From a virus, in IMG/VR virus record IMGVR_UViG_3300026512_000003, positions 32,001 to 96,000 of that record: a stretch of 64,000 bases of DNA; one strand, 5' to 3'. Position 1 is the stretch's first letter, and the number at the start of each line of letters is the position of its first letter. A program made the position numbers and the translations under genes. Below, one piece after another: positions 60,021 to 64,000 of the stretch. The notes under the pieces were generated by a model. The model was not told the DNA's origin, did no database searches, and saw only the letters and a list, made by a program, of their open reading frames with translations.

Positions 60021-61274
60021 TTACCTATACACGATTTGTTCGTATCCTTCTGGCGAAATACCAATAAGTGCACTCGCATAACCTTTATCTATCATATCCA
60101 TATACTTTGGATTTGGCTCTCCTCTTGACATAGAAAGCCATCCAGTATTCCCTGTTGTTGTCGAGTTTCCATCAGGGAAAACAATCTTATACTCAGGATA
60201 TTCCCTCTGTCTGAGATTTTTTCTTTGAGCCTTTCTTAGTTCTTTGTCAGCCGCTGTTTTTAAAAGATAAGTTCTCGTGCTTAACTTACTTAGTGTTTCA
60301 TTTGAGTACATTTCTAAAGATGCTTCTTTAAGAAAAGGGCACTCTTGAGCAGAGAGAGCTTGATCTAATAACATAGTAATAATAGTATCTTTTCTCGCTT
60401 CTGATTTAAGTTTAGGAAATTCGGAATGATGAATACTACTTGCAAGAAACATTGCCTCTTCAGGGAGAAGTTGAATATTATGAGATCTAACAAGCTTTAT
60501 TATTGTTTTTTTAGGAAATCTATCTCTAAAAGTAGATAATTCCTTAGGACTAACAGCTTCAGGCATAGTGTCTATTGCTTCAATCCTTTTAATAAGCTCC
60601 GCTGTTTTGCTTTCCAATAGATTTTCAGCACTAGCAACCTTCTGAAACAAAGCATGCCCTTGAGCATCAGCCGGTCTTCTTACTATAGATATGTCAAAAA
60701 AATTCATAGGGGGCTTATTTATTGCATAGACTATTTGTCCATTTGGCATTTGCTGGTGCATCATAAACTTTAAATGGTCGCATCTGTTTGCTATAGACCC
60801 CTTAGTTATGGCTCCACAAAAAGAACAAATTTCTTGGGGTACTCGCACGCCCATGGACACCTTATATCGCATTCCACTTTTAATCCCTTCGTATATGTCA
60901 GGCGCTTTGTTTTTTGAAATTTCCAAAATGAGTTCTACTCTATGCATATGAGAGTTATAAATAGCTTTAAGTACCTTACCTAGTGTTTTACTTGGGTCTT
61001 TATTGTCATGTTGCATAAAGATACCAGCAGTTTCAAATGTTTTATAATATTCTTGAAGGTCTTTTTCATAAAAGAAATCACCATTATTGTTTTCTCCGTA
61101 GTAATCACCTGCACCCATTGCAATAACAAGCAAATAGGCATGGTCTTTTTTCTGTTTTATTTCCTCAAGGGGGTTGCTTTCTGCAGTTTTTTGAAGAGGA
61201 CAGTTTCCCCCAAAACAACTAGCATGTCCTATTTCTATATTCTCTATTGTGAAGTCTATTCTTTTTTCTAACAT
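60021..61274 (-). CDS. prohead maturation serine protease with Zn ribbon
   Basis: N.NGDFF, His in FMQHDN, Ser in VSMGV, CSFCG...RCDH, and FFDISIVRRPAD, the conserved end of HK97-type prohead proteases. Confidence 0.85.
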   Translation of the reverse strand: MLEKRIDFTIENIEIGHASCFGGNCPLQKTAESNPLEEIKQKKDHAYLLVIAMGAGDYYGENNNGDFFYEKDLQEYYKTFETAGIFMQHDNKDPSKTLGKVLKAIYNSHMHRVELILEISKNKAPDIYEGIKSGMRYKVSMGVRVPQEICSFCGAITKGSIANRCDHLKFMMHQQMPNGQIVYAINKPPMNFFDISIVRRPADAQGHALFQKVASAENLLESKTAELIKRIEAIDTMPEAVSPKELSTFRDRFPKKTIIKLVRSHNIQLLPEEAMFLASSIHHSEFPKLKSEARKDTIITMLLDQALSAQECPFLKEASLEMYSNETLSKLSTRTYLLKTAADKELRKAQRKNLRQREYPEYKIVFPDGNSTTTGNTGWLSMSRGEPNPKYMDMIDKGYASALIGISPEGYEQIVYR

Positions 61275-61282
61275 ATTTTTCC

Positions 61283-61495
61283 CTAATAAATAATCTGTGC
61301 GTTTGTTTCTAAGTCTCTTATAATCTGAGTAACTCTATTGAAAGATATTTTTGACTCTGAAAAACAGTTGTCGTCAATATTAACTTCAATAGAATTGCTA
61401 CTAGTTCTAGTAACATGATGTGTAACTTTTTTTATTTCTCTTAAAAGAGAATCAGAGATTTTCTCTGACTCACCTAATTTTACCACAATTATCAT
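61283..61495 (-). CDS. small hypothetical protein (70 aa)
   Basis: ATGA coupling with the upstream gene. Confidence 0.55.
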   Translation of the reverse strand: MIIVVKLGESEKISDSLLREIKKVTHHVTRTSSNSIEVNIDDNCFSESKISFNRVTQIIRDLETNAQIIY

Positions 61496-62679
61496 GATGT
61501 TGCGCTGTCCCAGTTCATTTCTATGTCATTGTCTAAAACAAGAATAGAGAAAGTATTAGGTTCATATATTTTAAGCTCTTCGTTATAAGAACATAATGGG
61601 AGATCATTTTGACTTTCTAATTCTGTCATATAATCTGGAGTGTATACAAAATTACATTCTCTTCCAGAAAATTTATCAACTCCAGAAATAAAAGATACAG
61701 GATAATCAACACCTGAAGCTTCTTTTAGCATAGGAATAAGAGTGTTGCCTACTGTGGCTATTTTTCCATCTTCAGTAGCTGGGATATTTAAAAATGCAAG
61801 ATTCCATTGATTCTTAAGAAGTTTAAGAGCACCTTTTTCAATTTGAGAGTTGACATGAGAAATGACAAGTTTTTTGTCCTCTTCTGAATAAGCATCACCT
61901 GTAAGTTGTATCACGACACCTGATACACTACTAGTAAGGTCAAATTTGATACCAGTCATATCTCTAACAGAACTAAGTAGTGTAATAGGTATAGAAAGAG
62001 AATATTCTATAGAACTAACCTTTGAAACAATTTGGTAATTAGAAGAATAAACAGTGCTTTTTAAATCAACATTTGGAAGTGAATCTTTTTCTACAAGGAA
62101 CGAGAGAGCCTCTACTGTGATTCCTTGGAGAATAGATGTGCGTAGTAGAAAGTCTTTTGTTGATAGTTTACTTTTAATGAAAATTGGGTTGTCTTCTATG
62201 GAAATTTTCGTCGCATAGTAGGGTTTGGCTTGAAAAACATTCATTGTTGTTCTTAAAGGAAAAGAGAAATCAAGGTTAGAGATGTCTGCTTTTAAAGAAA
62301 ATGAGAAATCAAGGTTATTGATGTCTGTTTTGGTGCAAATGTTTGTATTTAAAAGCACCTCAGGTAAATCTATTTCTATAATTTCATTTTTAGAACTAAC
62401 TATAGTTTGTTTTACAGTACCGTCTATAATCTCATTTTTAGAACTAACTATAGTTTGTTTTACAGTACCGTCTATAATCTCGCCATATATATTTTGAGTA
62501 GCAATAGAATTTTCAAAAACAGTTCCGCTAATGTGTTGTTGCATCTCGGTAACTTCATTAGATATAACATTGGAATTTACAGAAAAGCTTAAATCATTCT
62601 CAAAAACTGTGAACATTGCAGGATAATTAGGGGTACAAACCCCCATTCTACTTTGCATAAAAGGTAGGTTTGTAATCAT
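61492..62679 (-). CDS. structural protein with internal tandem repeats
   Basis: AGGAG RBS; two internal duplications; C-terminal LKLLKNQWNLAFL beta-domain motif. Confidence 0.6.
   Translation of the reverse strand: MITNLPFMQSRMGVCTPNYPAMFTVFENDLSFSVNSNVISNEVTEMQQHISGTVFENSIATQNIYGEIIDGTVKQTIVSSKNEIIDGTVKQTIVSSKNEIIEIDLPEVLLNTNICTKTDINNLDFSFSLKADISNLDFSFPLRTTMNVFQAKPYYATKISIEDNPIFIKSKLSTKDFLLRTSILQGITVEALSFLVEKDSLPNVDLKSTVYSSNYQIVSKVSSIEYSLSIPITLLSSVRDMTGIKFDLTSSVSGVVIQLTGDAYSEEDKKLVISHVNSQIEKGALKLLKNQWNLAFLNIPATEDGKIATVGNTLIPMLKEASGVDYPVSFISGVDKFSGRECNFVYTPDYMTELESQNDLPLCSYNEELKIYEPNTFSILVLDNDIEMNWDSATS
62253..62330. repeat. imperfect 39-bp tandem duplication (13 aa)
   Basis: KTDINNLDFSFSL / KADISNLDFSFPL. 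Confidence 0.85.
62384..62481. repeat. perfect 48-bp tandem duplication (16 aa)
   Basis: tcatttttagaactaactatagtttgttttacagtaccgtctataatc x2, encoding EIIDGTVKQTIVSSKN x2. Confidence 0.95.
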
Positions 62680-62688
62680 TTTATACTC

Positions 62689-63999
62689 CTATAGAGCGTT
62701 TACTGAAAAATCGTATTTCAACCAGTTTTCGCCATCTGTAAAAACAAATCTGTCTTCACCACTTACTTTACAAAGAATAATATCTTGAGCAAATCTTAGA
62801 TCTGTTATTTCAGCAGAGATATCAACAATTGTTGCATCAATTTTAACTTCTTTAAGCTCAGAAGCATCTGTTAATACAATCAATCTATCTCTTAAAACAA
62901 ATATGTCTGTAGCAACTATATCAGATGTTGTAGTATATTCTTCAAGACCATCTTTTGTTACTTTCTGAATTTTACCATCAGTATCTAATGCAAGCATAAT
63001 ACCATTGAAAATGACAGCTTTTGAGAGAGCATCTTTGTTCTCAGCCAACTTGCCTACAATTGCTTGTTTATCTTCACCTAGATTTCCAATAAAATAGAAA
63101 TTCGCAGAAGTTCTGATAATTATCGCATTTTCCGTAACAGAAACTGATTGTATTTCTTCTTCACCAATATTTATGTCAGTAACAAATTTTGAAGAAATTA
63201 CTTTCCCTTCTTCTGTTATCCCAACAACATGTCCAACAACATCTCTTAAAAATTGATAACTATAGTCAGTAAATTTAGTGTATAAATTTAAACTATTAGC
63301 GTCTTCAACAACAATTTGTGCAAAAAGATCGAGAGCTAAAGCTGAACCATTGTTTAAAACAACAGGAGCAGAGAATACTCTTTCATCGAGATTATTTTTC
63401 GAAACGCTACCAACTTTTGTCTCAGAAAAATCGCTTAAACTAACAAGAAGTTGTTTTAAAGCAAGATTGTCATCAGCATAATCAACAGTTAATGTTCCAT
63501 CTTTTAAGAGAGCACTGTATTTTTGAGTCACTGACATTTTTGCTAATATTGCTTCTTTGAATGGAACTTGAAGACTAGATGTAAAATTAGCTTTACCAAA
63601 AAATCTAACCAAATCTCTATTTCTTACAAAAGCATTTCTTACATCAACAAGAGAATCATCAAAAAAGATATTAGAAACTGTGACAACAGAATCGAGGCCA
63701 AGTTCTTTGGAAGCAATTACTCCAAAATTTTCATCATTATTAATAATGTGAGTAAACATTTTAGAATCTTCTACAGAAATCATAGCTTTTACAGATAATA
63801 CTGCTGAAAGATATCCTTCATCCTCATCTAAAGTGGTTATAGTATCATCATTTTCTGCAATTTCATCAAGATTAAGACTACTAAAAATAAACATCATTCT
63901 AGATTGTACACCGAATATAGAAGATTGTTCTATTTCTGCAGCTTCTGAAACTTCCAAAATTGTTGTCATTGCAGGTGTGTCTTCAGCCAAAAATTTAAG
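62689..63999 (-). CDS. 5'-truncated hypothetical protein with propeller-like C-terminus
   Basis: Frame open to the right edge; C-terminal short beta blades (LALDTDGKI, IVLTDASEL, VFTDGENW). Confidence 0.6.
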   Translation of the reverse strand, partial: LKFLAEDTPAMTTILEVSEAAEIEQSSIFGVQSRMMFIFSSLNLDEIAENDDTITTLDEDEGYLSAVLSVKAMISVEDSKMFTHIINNDENFGVIASKELGLDSVVTVSNIFFDDSLVDVRNAFVRNRDLVRFFGKANFTSSLQVPFKEAILAKMSVTQKYSALLKDGTLTVDYADDNLALKQLLVSLSDFSETKVGSVSKNNLDERVFSAPVVLNNGSALALDLFAQIVVEDANSLNLYTKFTDYSYQFLRDVVGHVVGITEEGKVISSKFVTDINIGEEEIQSVSVTENAIIIRTSANFYFIGNLGEDKQAIVGKLAENKDALSKAVIFNGIMLALDTDGKIQKVTKDGLEEYTTTSDIVATDIFVLRDRLIVLTDASELKEVKIDATIVDISAEITDLRFAQDIILCKVSGEDRFVFTDGENWLKYDFSVNAL

Positions 64000-64000
64000 G

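Noticed and set aside
62253-62481. CRISPR array or DGR template/variable repeat
   Set aside because: The repeats are directly adjacent, in frame and have no spacers; no cas or reverse transcriptase gene is visible.
1377-63798. Numerous 60-140 aa antisense or alternate-frame ORFs in the track (e.g. 1377..1742, 36145..36486, 44540..44956, 18092..18313, 50290..50520)
   Set aside because: They lie within or across long genes that have RBSs, and read as typical shadow frames.
1-64000. Stop-codon reassignment (TAG or TGA recoding as in some large phages)
   Set aside because: Genes tile the window under the standard code. TAG (e.g. 23997, 25826) and TGA (e.g. 4109, 28913) end genes right where the next gene or an intergenic signal begins.
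1-64000. tRNA/rRNA genes, introns, inteins, integrase, phage-nucleus (chimallin/PhuZ) genes, portal, tail sheath
   Set aside because: Intergenic gaps are short and show no cloverleaf, and no diagnostic motifs were recognised. These genes may lie outside the window or be too diverged to see by eye.

Overview
The window is an AT-rich, densely coding, standard-code segment of a large tailed (probably jumbo, myovirus-like) bacteriophage genome. It has two convergent gene blocks: + strand from the left edge to 29667 and - strand from the right edge to 29659. Recognisable genes are a GpA-like terminase large subunit, a scaffold/decoration/major capsid cluster, a sigma70-family factor, a neck protein, a tail-assembly chaperone, a GroES-GroEL pair, a tape measure protein, baseplate-like proteins, an RCC1-repeat protein, a holin/i-spanin/o-spanin cassette (diderm host), a stand-alone C-terminal half of an RNA polymerase beta' subunit and a prohead protease. 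About 21 kb at the left encodes large proteins I cannot assign. The most striking unannotated signal is a short motif, hydrophobic-x-K-x-A-(S/E/A/G), which I counted about 37 times in eight scattered proteins. These include the capsid protein and the protease, whose catalytic domain the motif brackets. In several proteins the last copy (K-E-A) separates a motif-rich, mostly acidic leader from a basic, glycine-rich, membrane-peptide-like cargo. This suggests a K-x-A-directed head-maturation and cargo-release system. A complete -1 ribosomal frameshift signal (T TTT TTG plus a 7-nt spacer and GC hairpin) is also visible in the tail chaperone. All functional calls come from motif recognition by eye; no searches were run.
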